The notes under the pieces are model-generated. The model was not told the origin of the DNA, did not search any database, and saw nothing but the letters and a program-made list of their open reading frames with translations. A DNA stretch of 64,000 nucleotides from Micavibrio sp. (GTDB taxonomy: Bacteria > Pseudomonadota > Alphaproteobacteria > Micavibrionales > Micavibrionaceae), in contig JBBAEN010000002.1 of the NCBI GenBank assembly GCA_041655955.1, positions 498,355 to 562,354 on the forward strand, in the 5' to 3' direction. Numbering within the stretch: the first letter of the stretch is position 1; every line of letters starts with the position of its first letter. A program made the position numbers and the translations under genes. This document shows, piece by piece, positions 24,885-35,134 of the stretch.

Positions 24885-26215
24885 CGCCGCAGCTTGATTT
24901 GCTGGCAAGCGACCTGCCGGACGGCCTCGCCCCGCGGGAAGCGGCGCTTTCCATTCTGGAGCAGGTTCTGCGGCAGAAGAAAATGCTCGATATGGTTCTG
25001 GAGCGCGATGAAAAATTTAAGGCGCTTGACCCCCGCGATCGCGCCCTTGCCCGCATGATGGCGGCGACCGCCCTGCGCCGCAAGGGCCAGCTTGACGATT
25101 TGATTGCCCGCGCTATCGACAAGGAAGCGCCGCGCCCCGAAAAGCTCAAATGGATTCTCTATCTCGGTATCACCCAGATCCTTTTTATGGATGTGCCGAA
25201 CCACGCCGCCGTCGATACGGCGGTCAAGCTGACCGCGCAGGAAGGCATGGAGGGGAAAAAAGCTTTCATCAACGCGATCCTCCGCCGCATGACCAATGAA
25301 GGCCGCGCATGGCTTGACGCGCAGGACGAAGCGGCGCTGAACATCCCCCAATGGATTTACAGGCAATGGATGGAAGATTACGGGCTGGTGCGCGCAAAAG
25401 ACATTGCGAAAGCGTCGCTGGCGGAGGCGGCGCTGGATATAACGCTCAAAGACCCCTCAACCGTCAAAACATGGGCCGCGCGGCTGGAGGCGGAAATTCT
25501 TTCCACCGGTTCGCTCCGCCGCGCCGGCGGCGGCCATGTCCGCGCCCTTGACGGGTATGAAGACGGCGCATGGTGGATTCAGGATGCGTCCAGCGCGCTG
25601 CCCGTCAAACTGATGGGCGATCTCACGGGGAAGAAAGTCCTCGATCTGTGCGCCGCGCCCGGCGGCAAAACGATGCAGCTCGCGGCGGCGGGGGCGCAGG
25701 TCACGGCGCTTGACCGCTCCGCCGCCCGCATGGCCCAGCTTGCGGAAAATCTTCGCCGCATCGGTCTCGAAGACAGGGTGCAGACGATTATCGAAGACGG
25801 CACGGTGTGGACGCCCCGCGGGCTTTTCGACATTGTCCTCCTCGATGCGCCGTGCAGTGCGACGGGGACGATCCGCCGCCATCCCGATTTGCTGCATTTA
25901 AAGGCGGAAAAGGATCAGGCGGGGCTGATGGGGGTGCAGGAAAGGCTTCTCGCCCACGCGCCGGATTTGCTGGAGGCCGGCGGCATGCTCGTTTACTGCA
26001 CCTGTTCCCTGCAAAAGGCCGAAGGGGAGCGGCAGGTGGACAAATTCCTTGCCGGCCGCCCTGATTTCAAACGCGTTCCCGTCCGCCGCGAGGAATTTGG
26101 CGGGACGGACGGTTTCGTGAACGGCGCGGGCGATGTCCGCATCTTCCCCTACCTGCTGAAGGAACAGGGCGGCATGGATGGATTTTTTATCAGCCGGCTG
26201 CGCAAAACGGCGTGA
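24881..26215 (+). CDS. rsmB: 16S rRNA (cytosine-C5)-methyltransferase RsmB/Sun family
   Basis: 444 aa. NusB-like N-terminal domain, SAM block VLDLCAAPGGKT, catalytic DAPCSATGTIRRHPD and YCTCS. Confidence 0.85.
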   Translation: MTPQLDLLASDLPDGLAPREAALSILEQVLRQKKMLDMVLERDEKFKALDPRDRALARMMAATALRRKGQLDDLIARAIDKEAPRPEKLKWILYLGITQILFMDVPNHAAVDTAVKLTAQEGMEGKKAFINAILRRMTNEGRAWLDAQDEAALNIPQWIYRQWMEDYGLVRAKDIAKASLAEAALDITLKDPSTVKTWAARLEAEILSTGSLRRAGGGHVRALDGYEDGAWWIQDASSALPVKLMGDLTGKKVLDLCAAPGGKTMQLAAAGAQVTALDRSAARMAQLAENLRRIGLEDRVQTIIEDGTVWTPRGLFDIVLLDAPCSATGTIRRHPDLLHLKAEKDQAGLMGVQERLLAHAPDLLEAGGMLVYCTCSLQKAEGERQVDKFLAGRPDFKRVPVRREEFGGTDGFVNGAGDVRIFPYLLKEQGGMDGFFISRLRKTA

Positions 26216-26534
26216 CGGGCGCCGGGCGCGGCGCGCGCATGAAGGAGTGCGTATGGCGTGATGCCGCTATGCGCCGCGCGTGGCACGATAGGAGCGCCAC
26301 GCCGATAGCGGCTTTGCGCGGCCTTTTCCGCCTTTCCCTCGTAATCAAGACCTGTTAGGCTTTTCCCGTGCATCCGTTTGGATGCGCCGGGCCTTCAAAA
26401 ACCCGCTATCATCGGTGACGTAACCGGATTTTACGTCGCTTCTCGGCCCAAGGCCGGGGGGCGGCGGCGTATGTCCAAGGCTTCACGGCTTAAAGGCCGT
26501 CGCGGTCGTATGATAGCGGCTTTTGAACTCCCGG

Positions 26535-26566
26535 CCACCAGAGGATTCCTCTGGTGGTTTTTCTTT
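26535..26566 (+). terminator. Strong intrinsic terminator 28 nt upstream of the next start codon
   Basis: Perfect 10-bp stem ccaccagagg-att-cctctggtgg followed by tttttctttgggctttttt. Confidence 0.7.
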
Positions 26567-26593
26567 GGGCTTTTTTGCAAAGGGGAGGAAACC

Positions 26594-27316
26594 ATGCGCC
26601 GATTGTCCGAACGCTATCCAGCCGATTGCGGCGGCGTCCTTGTCTGGATATTGATCGCCGTCGCCCTGTTCGCCGCCTTGTCCTACGCCATGATGCGGGA
26701 CGGCGGCACGGGAAGCGCCACCGGCATAATGGGCGAGGCGCAGGCAAAGCTCTACGCGGCGGAAATCATCGCGCACCACGATGCGGTGCGGTCGGCGGTG
26801 CAGCGTCTTCGCATACGCGGCTGTAGCGACACGGATATCAGTTTTCAAAACGCGATACAGGGGTGGACCAACCCCACCGCGCCGCAGGATAAATCCTGTC
26901 ATGTCTATGAACCCTCCGGAGGCGGCCTGACCTATGCGCTGTTTCCGCCGGAAGGGGCGCTGGATGCCTCTAAAAAGACGGGAAGCATGTATCAAAAACC
27001 TTATCCCAATGCGGGGTATCAATTCTATCAGGTGGGAACCGATCTGAACGACCTGGCCTTTCAGAATAACTGGATCCGGCGCGAGGTCTGTATCCAGATC
27101 AACCAGATGCTGGGCATAGATAATCCGGGCGGGGAGCCGCCGCGGGAAATAAACGATGCTGCCGCCCTTATTTTTGTCGGAGTGTACGGCCCGAATGTCG
27201 CCGACACGATCGGCGACGATGCGGGGAGCGGGCTTGCGGGCAAAAGGGCTTTTTGCCGCTGGAGCGGGGCAGAAGTAAGTAATTATCAATACAACCAGAT
27301 TTTGATCGCCCGCTGA
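26594..27316 (+). CDS. Hypothetical secreted/anchored protein with pilin-like N-terminal helix
   Basis: Track ORF 26378..27316 trimmed to ATG 26594, which is preceded by aggggagga; the longer version would read through the terminator hairpin. MRRLSERYPADCGG-VLVWILIAVALFAALSYAMM... is followed by an amphipathic stretch (EAQAKLYAAEIIAHHDAVRSAVQRL) and 4 Cys. Confidence 0.65.
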   Translation: MRRLSERYPADCGGVLVWILIAVALFAALSYAMMRDGGTGSATGIMGEAQAKLYAAEIIAHHDAVRSAVQRLRIRGCSDTDISFQNAIQGWTNPTAPQDKSCHVYEPSGGGLTYALFPPEGALDASKKTGSMYQKPYPNAGYQFYQVGTDLNDLAFQNNWIRREVCIQINQMLGIDNPGGEPPREINDAAALIFVGVYGPNVADTIGDDAGSGLAGKRAFCRWSGAEVSNYQYNQILIAR

Positions 27317-27443
27317 CGTCCTTTTTGAGAAATTATCAAAAAAGAGGCCCCCTCTCATTGCCCTGTGGATAAATCGTCGGTAGAATATTGATTCGGGGAA
27401 CGCCTCCCTACCTCTCGCCCTTTTAAAATCAAAGCTTTAGAAG

Positions 27444-28106
27444 ATGTCCCGCACACTTAAAATTGCGCCCTCCATCCTGTCGTCCGATTTTTCGAAACTC
27501 GGTGCGGAGATTGCCGCCATCGACGCGGCGGGGGCGGATTATATCCATCTCGACGTGATGGACGGGCATTTCGTCCCCAATATCACTTTCGGCCCGCCGG
27601 TGGTAAAGACCGTGCGCGGGGCCTCCAAGAAGATTTTCGATTGTCATTTGATGATCGCCCCGTGCGATCCGTATCTGGAGGCCTTTGCCGAAGCCGGCGC
27701 GGACATCATCACCATCCACGCGGAAAGCGGCCCGCATTATCACCGCTCGCTTCAGGCCATCAAGGCGCTCGGCAAAAAAGCGGGGCTTGCGCTCAATCCG
27801 GCGACGCCGGTGGAGGTGCTGGATCATGTGATGGATATTGTCGATCTCGTCCTTGTCATGACCGTCAATCCGGGTTTCGGCGGGCAAGCCTATATTCCGC
27901 TGGAAGATAAAATCCGCGCCGTGCGCGCGCGCATTGACGCGGCGGGCCGCCCCATAGATCTCGAAGTCGATGGCGGGATTACACCCGCAACGGCGGGGCA
28001 GGTTATCGCGGCGGGCGCGGATGTCCTCGTCGCCGGAACCGCCGTCTTTAAAAACGGCCCCGATCATTATGCGGCAAGCATTGCAGCTTTGAGAGGCGCG
28101 GGATGA
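27444..28106 (+). CDS. rpe: Ribulose-phosphate 3-epimerase
   Basis: 220 aa. [17 protein letters not shown]...[12 protein letters not shown]...VNPGFGGQ. Confidence 0.95.
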   Translation: MSRTLKIAPSILSSDFSKLGAEIAAIDAAGADYIHLDVMDGHFVPNITFGPPVVKTVRGASKKIFDCHLMIAPCDPYLEAFAEAGADIITIHAESGPHYHRSLQAIKALGKKAGLALNPATPVEVLDHVMDIVDLVLVMTVNPGFGGQAYIPLEDKIRAVRARIDAAGRPIDLEVDGGITPATAGQVIAAGADVLVAGTAVFKNGPDHYAASIAALRGAG

Positions 28107-29752
28107 GCAATTATCTTTTGCAATCCGTCCGCAAAAAAATGCGCCGCGGTGTGCATGCCATAGCCTGCAGCAAAATCGTCGATAAATGGAAGCTTGCGGG
28201 GACGATCCCCGAAAGGCTCGTCATGTGCCCGCCCGATCCGTGGAAAGGGTCGGCGGAACGCGCACGCTGGCTTATCCATGGCGGTATTTTCACGCTCGAA
28301 GGCGCGCAGCTCGAACTGCACAACGCCAACTGGAGCCCCGAAGGCGTCGATGAAAGCTGGATAAAATATATCCACGGGTTCGAATGGCTGCGCGATCTTA
28401 AAACCCTTGGCGGGGATAAGGGGCGGCTGGCGGCACGGGCGATGATCTCCAACTGGATGGAACAGCATCCGCATTTCGATGAAACCTGTTGGCGCGCCGA
28501 TATTCTGGGCCTGCGCCTGTCCAACTGGCTTTCTTCATTCACCTTTTTCGGCGAATCCGCGTCCGAAGAATTTCAGGAATGTTTTTATATCAGCCTCGCG
28601 CGGCAGGTGCGGCATTTGGCGCGGGCGACGCCGGGCAATCTTTCCGGCATAGCCTTGCTGCAGGCCATACGCGGCCTTGCCTATGCCGGCCTTGCGATGG
28701 AGGGGCGCGAGCCTTTGCTGGAACAGGCGCTGACGTTGCTCCATAAGGAAATCGGCAGGCAAATCCTTTCCGACGGCGGCCATGTATCGCGCAGCCCGCA
28801 GCAATTGCTCGAAGCCATTGTCATCCTTATCGACATCCGCGCCGCCTTGCGCCATGGCGGCTATCCTTGCCCGGAGCGGATTCAGCATGCGCTGGATCGC
28901 GCCGTGCCCGCGCTTCGTTTTTTCCGCCATACGGATCGCGGCCTCGCGCTTTTCAACGGCGCGCAGGAAGGCAAAGAGGATCTGATGAAACAGGTCTTGA
29001 TGCAGGCCGGAAGCCGCGCCCGCACGCTTAATTCCCTGCCGCATACGGGCTATGAGCGCATCGCCGTTGGCCGCGCTCTCATCCTGATGGATACGGGCAA
29101 GCCGCCCAAATGGCCGCATGACGTGACCTCGCACGCGGCGCCGCTGGCGTTCGAGATGAGCTATGGGCGCGAGCGCATCATCGTCAATTGCGGCACGCAT
29201 CCCGCGAATGCGGACTGGCAGGATATGTTGCGCTTTACCGCGGCCCATTCGACCGCCGTCATCGACGACCGCAACGCGTGCGAGATCCATAAGGACGGGA
29301 CGCTTTCGCGCAAGCCTAAAAAAGTCACCTGCGACCGTGAAGACAAGATAGATATGGTTCTGGTGGACGCGTCCCATGACGGTTACGTTCCGGTCAACGG
29401 CATCACCCATCGCCGCCGCCTCTATCTCGCCGATCAGGGCAATGATTTGCGCGGCGAGGATACGCTGACCTGCACGACGGGCCTCAACAGGCCGCATAGG
29501 ATTGCGGTGCGGTTCCACCTCCACCCGAAAGTGGGCGTGTCGCTTATCAAGGAAGATCAGGAAGCGATCCTTATCCTTCCCGGCGGCACGGGCTGGCGCT
29601 TCACCGCGTCCGGCGCGACGCTGGAGCTGGAGGAAAGCGTTTATCTCGGCGAAGGCATCCGCCCGCGCAAATCCAAACAGCTCGTCATCATGGCGCGGAT
29701 GGACAGCGACATGGTGCAGATCAAATGGGCCTTGCAGCGCGAGCTGCTTTAG
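28103..29752 (+). CDS. Heparinase II/III family protein
   Basis: 549 aa. General similarity to the alphaproteobacterial heparinase II/III-like proteins (WLRDL, ...GHVSRSP, LAFEMS... blocks). Assigned from memory of the family. Confidence 0.6.
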   Translation: MSNYLLQSVRKKMRRGVHAIACSKIVDKWKLAGTIPERLVMCPPDPWKGSAERARWLIHGGIFTLEGAQLELHNANWSPEGVDESWIKYIHGFEWLRDLKTLGGDKGRLAARAMISNWMEQHPHFDETCWRADILGLRLSNWLSSFTFFGESASEEFQECFYISLARQVRHLARATPGNLSGIALLQAIRGLAYAGLAMEGREPLLEQALTLLHKEIGRQILSDGGHVSRSPQQLLEAIVILIDIRAALRHGGYPCPERIQHALDRAVPALRFFRHTDRGLALFNGAQEGKEDLMKQVLMQAGSRARTLNSLPHTGYERIAVGRALILMDTGKPPKWPHDVTSHAAPLAFEMSYGRERIIVNCGTHPANADWQDMLRFTAAHSTAVIDDRNACEIHKDGTLSRKPKKVTCDREDKIDMVLVDASHDGYVPVNGITHRRRLYLADQGNDLRGEDTLTCTTGLNRPHRIAVRFHLHPKVGVSLIKEDQEAILILPGGTGWRFTASGATLELEESVYLGEGIRPRKSKQLVIMARMDSDMVQIKWALQRELL

Positions 29753-30189
29753 CGCCGCTTTTCATTGACAGGATCCGCCATATCTATAGACTGATCCCGA
29801 AGCCGGAAAAAGCGGCTTCGGGGCCTAAGAAACCTCTCTCATAGCGGTGTGTGAGCCGTCACATCACTCCCTCGATCTCCGGTCGGGGAGGTGACAGCGT
29901 ATGTCCAGTCCGCTCCGGCGGATAAAGGCTGGCACGGCCTTCTATGAGAGGCTTTCTTACTCCCCGATCATCAGAGAAGGGGGGGGCGTGAAAATTTCCA
30001 TCCATACCGCGCCGGAAACAAGTATGGTTTCTGATATGGATGGCGTTTTTCATGGGAAAGGAACACCATGCGCTAATAATGCTACGCAAGCAGCGCTACA
30101 TGGATAACTGGTTTTTCCAAGTCTTGATCGCGCGCTAAAAAGCGATTTCCGACTTGGCGCGGGACGTATAGCGGCCTAATATCGCCCCT

Positions 30190-30873
30190 ATGACGCAATC
30201 CGCAATCAAACTTGAAAAAGACTGGCTTGAATTACTGGAGCCGGAATTTGCGCAGCCTTACATGGCGCGCCTTAAGGAATTCCTTGAGGCCGAAAGAACC
30301 GCAGGCAAAATTATTTTTCCAAAGGGTGCGGATATTTTTAACGCGCTCAACACCACGCGCCTTACGGATGTGCGCGTCGTCATTATCGGGCAGGATCCCT
30401 ATCACGGGCCGGGGCAGGCGCACGGGCTTTCCTTTTCCGTGCCGAAAGGCATCCCGCTTCCGCCTTCCTTGCAGAATATCTATAAGGAAATAGAGGCCGA
30501 ATACGGCGTGAAAATGCCGCGCACGGGCGATCTGACGGGCTGGGCGGAACAGGGCGTCCTGCTTTTGAACGCGACCCTGACCGTGCAAAGCGGGATGGCG
30601 GGGTCGCACCAGAAAAAGGGCTGGGAAGAATTCACCGACGCCGTTATCCGCGCCGTGAACGAACGCTGCGAACATGTCGTGTTCCTCTTATGGGGCGCCT
30701 ATGCGCAAAAAAAAGGCGCGATTATCGACCGCGCGCGTCATTATGTGCTGCAATCACCGCACCCTTCGCCGCTTTCGGCCCATCGCGGCTTTCTGGGCAA
30801 CGGCCATTTCAAAAAGGCCAATGCGTATTTGGCGGCTCATGGCAAGAGTCCCGTGGACTGGCGGGCGGTTTAG
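30190..30873 (+). CDS. ung: Uracil-DNA glycosylase
   Basis: 227 aa. [22 protein letters not shown], ...[16 protein letters not shown]. Confidence 0.95.
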   Translation: MTQSAIKLEKDWLELLEPEFAQPYMARLKEFLEAERTAGKIIFPKGADIFNALNTTRLTDVRVVIIGQDPYHGPGQAHGLSFSVPKGIPLPPSLQNIYKEIEAEYGVKMPRTGDLTGWAEQGVLLLNATLTVQSGMAGSHQKKGWEEFTDAVIRAVNERCEHVVFLLWGAYAQKKGAIIDRARHYVLQSPHPSPLSAHRGFLGNGHFKKANAYLAAHGKSPVDWRAV

Positions 30874-30876
30874 TTG

Positions 30877-31173
30877 TTATTTCAGCCCGATTTCCATGCA
30901 GGCATTCACCGCCGCCTGACGTGTCCCTAGCGGTGTCGCCTTGTCTTGTCCAATCGCCACAAATTCGTGCCCGGCGGAATCTTCGAGCGGCACGATCTGA
31001 ACGCTTTCCCCGTTGCTGGAGCAGGTGATGTGATTGACCTTGCCGTTGAAGAAATCATTTATATGAGTATCCGTTAGGACAGGATCGGCCATGACGGGCG
31101 CTGGCGCGGCTTGTGCGCCGGGGATGGTTGAAAGCCCGGTAGCGGCTGCAAGGTACAATGTGGTCAGTTTCAT
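30877..31173 (-). CDS. Small secreted hypothetical protein
   Basis: 98 aa with a signal peptide (MKLTTLYLAAATGLSTIPGAQA-AP) and two Cys. Confidence 0.5.
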   Translation of the reverse strand: MKLTTLYLAAATGLSTIPGAQAAPAPVMADPVLTDTHINDFFNGKVNHITCSSNGESVQIVPLEDSAGHEFVAIGQDKATPLGTRQAAVNACMEIGLK

Positions 31174-31374
31174 AGCGATCCCCGTTTCAATTTATCTTGG
31201 CTCATCCTATCGTAATTATGGATATGAGTGCAAATTAAGGCATAAAGCCTCGCTAAATGTTCTTTCTTTGTTCTCAAGTTGATGCTATAGGTTATTTTAG
31301 TAAGCGGCGGAGCCTTGCCCGCGTCTGATCGCCAGAATTTTAACTATCTATTTGAAAATAAAGTAAGAAATCCC

Positions 31375-32778
31375 ATGGCCAAAGCAACAAAAAGCTATGT
31401 CTGCCAGTCCTGCGGTTCCATTGCCTCGAAATGGGGCGGGAAGTGCGAGGCGTGCGGCGAATGGAACACGATGGCCGAGGAAATCGCCCAGAGCGCGCCA
31501 AAGGGGCTTGGCGTGACCAAGAAAGGGCGGGCGCTTGAACTTGTGTCCCTCAAAGGCGAAAGCAATGTGGCGGTTCCGCGCCACCGCTCCGGCATCGGGG
31601 AATTCGACCGCGTGACGGGCGGCGGCGTTGTGCCGGGGTCGGCCATTCTTATCGGCGGCGATCCGGGGATCGGGAAATCCACCTTGTTGCTTCAGGTCGT
31701 GTGCAAGCTGGCGGCGGCTGGCAAGACCTGCCTTTACGTATCGGGCGAGGAAGCCGTCGATCAGGTGCGGCTTCGCGCCCGGCGGCTGGGGCTTGAGGGC
31801 GCGCCCGTCGCACTGGCCTCGGCGACCAGCGTGCGCGACATCGTGGCCTCGATGGAATCCGACCAAATGGATTTGATCGTGATCGACTCCATTCAAACAA
31901 TGTATGTGGATACGGTTGATTCCGCGCCCGGAACGGTCACGCAGGTGCGGAGCTGTACGCAGGAGCTTATCCGCGTCGCGAAAAAGCGCGGCATCGCGAT
32001 TTTCTTCGTCGGCCACGTCACAAAGGAAGGGCAGATTGCCGGCCCGCGCGTCCTCGAACATATGGTCGATGCCGTCCTTTATTTCGAAGGGGACAGGGGC
32101 CACCAGTTCCGCATATTGCGCACCGTCAAAAACCGTTTCGGCCCGACCGATGAAATCGGCGTTTTTGAAATGGCGAATGAGGGGCTGGTCGAAGTGCCGA
32201 ACCCGTCCGCCCTGTTTCTGGCGCAGCGGCAAAACGATGTCGCGGGGAGCGCCGTCCTTGCGGGGCTGGAAGGGACGCGGCCCGTCCTTGTGGAGGTGCA
32301 GGCGCTTGTCGCCCCCTCGCCGCTCGGCACGCCGCGCCGCGCCGTGATCGGCTGGGATTCCAACAGGCTTGCCATGGTGCTGGCGGTGCTGGAGGCGCGC
32401 TGCGGCATTACCCTTTCATCCTCCGATATTTTCCTCAATATTGCGGGCGGCATCCGCATTTCCGAACCCGCCGCCGATCTGGCGGTGGCGGCGGCGCTTT
32501 TATCCTCGCAATCGAACATCCCCGTTCCCGGTAACACGGTCTTTTTCGGGGAGGTGGGGTTGGCGGGGGAAATCCGCAGCGTGTCCCAGCCCGACGTGCG
32601 GTTGAAGGAGGCGGCCAAGCTCGGTTTCGACCGCGCGGTCATCCCGCAGCGCCCGTCGAAAAAAGGCAAAGGCCCCGCCCCCGCCGCGATAGAGGGGCTG
32701 CGCATTGAAGAGATAACGCATCTGGAAGATCTGGCGCGGCAATTTGCGGGGCGCCAGCCCTATAAATCCTATGGCTGA
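31375..32778 (+). CDS. radA: DNA repair protein RadA
   Basis: Start at ATG 31375 (MAKATKSYVCQSCGSIASKWGGKCEACGEWNTM zinc finger). Walker A GGDPGIGKSTLLLQ, KNRFG motif, Lon-like C-terminal domain. Confidence 0.95.
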   Translation: MAKATKSYVCQSCGSIASKWGGKCEACGEWNTMAEEIAQSAPKGLGVTKKGRALELVSLKGESNVAVPRHRSGIGEFDRVTGGGVVPGSAILIGGDPGIGKSTLLLQVVCKLAAAGKTCLYVSGEEAVDQVRLRARRLGLEGAPVALASATSVRDIVASMESDQMDLIVIDSIQTMYVDTVDSAPGTVTQVRSCTQELIRVAKKRGIAIFFVGHVTKEGQIAGPRVLEHMVDAVLYFEGDRGHQFRILRTVKNRFGPTDEIGVFEMANEGLVEVPNPSALFLAQRQNDVAGSAVLAGLEGTRPVLVEVQALVAPSPLGTPRRAVIGWDSNRLAMVLAVLEARCGITLSSSDIFLNIAGGIRISEPAADLAVAAALLSSQSNIPVPGNTVFFGEVGLAGEIRSVSQPDVRLKEAAKLGFDRAVIPQRPSKKGKGPAPAAIEGLRIEEITHLEDLARQFAGRQPYKSYG

Positions 32779-32900
32779 AATGCCGCGTCCGGCGGGCGGC
32801 GGCAGGCAGGGCGGCGCGGGCCGGAAAAAGGCTGGATTTTGCGGGATGAGGGTGAATGAAGCCCTTGCTTTTTGGCGGGGCTTTCCCTATCAATCAACCC

Positions 32901-33641
32901 ATGATTATAGACATTATTGTCGGTATTATTGTTCTGGCCTCCGCCCTGATTGCCTTCATGCGGGGCTTTATCCGGGAAATCCTGACCATCGCGGGTGTCG
33001 TCGGCGGTATCCTCGCAGCCATCTTTTTCGGCCCCGCCCTTGCGCCCACGGTGCGCGGCTGGTTCGGCGCGGGGGAGGGCAGGAAGCTTTTCGACATCAT
33101 ACCGGTAGAGATCGCCGCCGACGCCACGACCTACGGTGTTATTTTTATCGCCGTCGTCATCCTGATTTCGGTCGTCAGCCATTTTACGGCAGGGGCGGCA
33201 AAGGCCATCGGGCTAGGCCCCATCGACCGGACGCTCGGCGTTATTTTCGGCGTTATCCGCGCGCTGGTACTGCTCGGCCTCGTTTACCTGCCCTTCCATT
33301 TGCTGATGAACGAAAGCCGCAAGGAAGAATTTTTTTCCGGCAGCGCGACCCATTATTATATTGAAAAAATCGCCGGCGCGATGGCGTCCTATCTTCCGGA
33401 TTCCGAAGAGGTGGAAGATAAAACCGGGGATGCCATCAAGAAAAAGCTGGAAGAACAAAACCTGCTTGGCGGCGGCCGCGCAAAATCCCCGCCCGCAGGC
33501 GAGGCCCCGAAGGAAGAGGGCTATAAGGAAGAACAGCGCGAAAAACTCGAAGAGCTTTTCAACGATCCTGCTTTCGACGAAGAGGCCCCGCCCATGCCGT
33601 CCGTGCAGCCATCTTCCCACATTCCTGCAGGGAACACATAA
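32901..33641 (+). CDS. cvpA: CvpA family membrane protein
   Basis: MIIDIIVGIIVLASALIAFMRGFIREILTIAG matches the usual CvpA N-terminus. Alternative upstream ATG at 32856. Acidic/Lys-rich C-terminal tail. Confidence 0.75.
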   Translation: MIIDIIVGIIVLASALIAFMRGFIREILTIAGVVGGILAAIFFGPALAPTVRGWFGAGEGRKLFDIIPVEIAADATTYGVIFIAVVILISVVSHFTAGAAKAIGLGPIDRTLGVIFGVIRALVLLGLVYLPFHLLMNESRKEEFFSGSATHYYIEKIAGAMASYLPDSEEVEDKTGDAIKKKLEEQNLLGGGRAKSPPAGEAPKEEGYKEEQREKLEELFNDPAFDEEAPPMPSVQPSSHIPAGNT

Positions 33642-35134
33642 TGCTTAAAGCGGCCATTCCTTTTGATGACGACAAGCTTCATGAGGAATGCGGGGTTTTT
33701 GGCATATACGGCCATCCCGAATCCTCCGCCATGACGGCGCTGGGGCTCCATGCCCTCCAGCACAGGGGGCAGGAAGCCGCGGGGATTGTTTCCCATGACG
33801 GGGAACAATTCTACACGCATAAAGCCATGGGGCTTGTCGATGCGGCCTTTTCCAAGGCGAGCGTCATCGAAAAGCTCAAAGGCCATGCGGCGATAGGCCA
33901 TAACCGTTATTCCACGGCGGGCGAGGCGTCGCTCAGGAACGTCCAGCCGATTTACGCTGATTTGGCGCTCGGCGGTTTCGCCGTGGCGCATAACGGCAAC
34001 CTGACCAATGCCGCCACGCTCCGGCAGGAGCTGGTGGAACGCGGCTCCCTGTTCCAGTCTTCGTCGGACACAGAGGTCATCGTCCATCTGATGGCGGTAT
34101 CGCCCAAAAAAGACGCGATCGGCAAACTCATGGACGCGGTGAACGCGATTAAGGGGGCATACTCCCTCGTGGCGCTCACGCATGACATGATGGTGGGGCT
34201 GCGCGATCCGTACGGCATCCGCCCGCTTTGCCTCGGCAAGCTCGGCGGGGCCTATATCCTTGCTTCGGAAACCTGCGCCTTTGACATTATCGGCGCGGAC
34301 TATGTGCGCGACATCCGCCCCGGTGAAATGGTCGTGATCGACGCGCAGGGACTTCGCAGCCTCGATCCTTTCGCAAAGACCTCGTCGCGTTTTTGCATTT
34401 TCGAATATGTTTATTTCGCGCGGCCCGATTCCATGGTCGATGGCCATTCCGTTTATGAAATGCGCAAGAATATCGGCGCGGAACTGGCGCGGGAATCGCA
34501 GGTACAGGGGGCGGACGTCGTCGTACCCGTTCCCGATTCCGGCGTGCCGGGCGCCATCGGTTACAGCCAGCAAAGCGGCGTGCCGTTCGAACTCGGCATT
34601 ATCCGCAACCATTATGTGGGCCGCACTTTTATCGAGCCGACGGAGCAAATCCGCCATCTTGGCGTCAAGCTCAAACACAATGCCAACCGCGACGTTCTGA
34701 AAGACAAAATCGTCGTCCTTATCGACGATTCCATCGTCCGCGGCACGACGTCGAAGAAGATTGTCGAGATGGTGCGCGCGGCGGGCGCGAAAGAAGTCCA
34801 TATGCGCATTGCCTCGCCGCCGACGGCCCATAGCTGTTTTTACGGCATCGACACGCCCGAAACCGAAGATTTGATGGCGCATAAACACACTGTCAAAGAG
34901 ATCGAGAAAAGCATCGGCGTGGATTCCCTCGCCTATATATCGATCGACGGGCTTTACCGCGCGGTTGGCGAGGCGGGCCGGAACAATCAATCGCCGCAAT
35001 ATTGCGATGCCTGCTTTACCGGGGATTATCCGGTGGAGCTGGTGGATAAAAACGCAGGCCGCGGCACCGCCGGATGCGGGCCTTTGAAAACGGCGTCATC
35101 CGGCGCGCTCATTGCAGGCGGAAATAATGGATAA
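33641..35134 (+). CDS. purF: Amidophosphoribosyltransferase
   Basis: 497 aa. ...HEECGVFGIYGH (N-terminal Cys nucleophile after propeptide), PRPP loop VVLIDDSIVRGTTS. Confidence 0.95.
   Translation: MLKAAIPFDDDKLHEECGVFGIYGHPESSAMTALGLHALQHRGQEAAGIVSHDGEQFYTHKAMGLVDAAFSKASVIEKLKGHAAIGHNRYSTAGEASLRNVQPIYADLALGGFAVAHNGNLTNAATLRQELVERGSLFQSSSDTEVIVHLMAVSPKKDAIGKLMDAVNAIKGAYSLVALTHDMMVGLRDPYGIRPLCLGKLGGAYILASETCAFDIIGADYVRDIRPGEMVVIDAQGLRSLDPFAKTSSRFCIFEYVYFARPDSMVDGHSVYEMRKNIGAELARESQVQGADVVVPVPDSGVPGAIGYSQQSGVPFELGIIRNHYVGRTFIEPTEQIRHLGVKLKHNANRDVLKDKIVVLIDDSIVRGTTSKKIVEMVRAAGAKEVHMRIASPPTAHSCFYGIDTPETEDLMAHKHTVKEIEKSIGVDSLAYISIDGLYRAVGEAGRNNQSPQYCDACFTGDYPVELVDKNAGRGTAGCGPLKTASSGALIAGGNNG

Noticed and set aside
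29753-30189. Possible tmRNA (frame reading ANNATQAALHG-stop at about 30070..30107) or RNase P RNA in the gap before ung.
   Set aside because: There is no tRNA-like acceptor/T-arm (no GGTTCGA-type T loop, no CCA-ending acceptor helix). The putative tag does not end in the usual hydrophobic (L)AA. The RNase P P4 signature GAGGAAAGTCCGGGC is absent on both strands. The region is kept only as an unclassified structured element.
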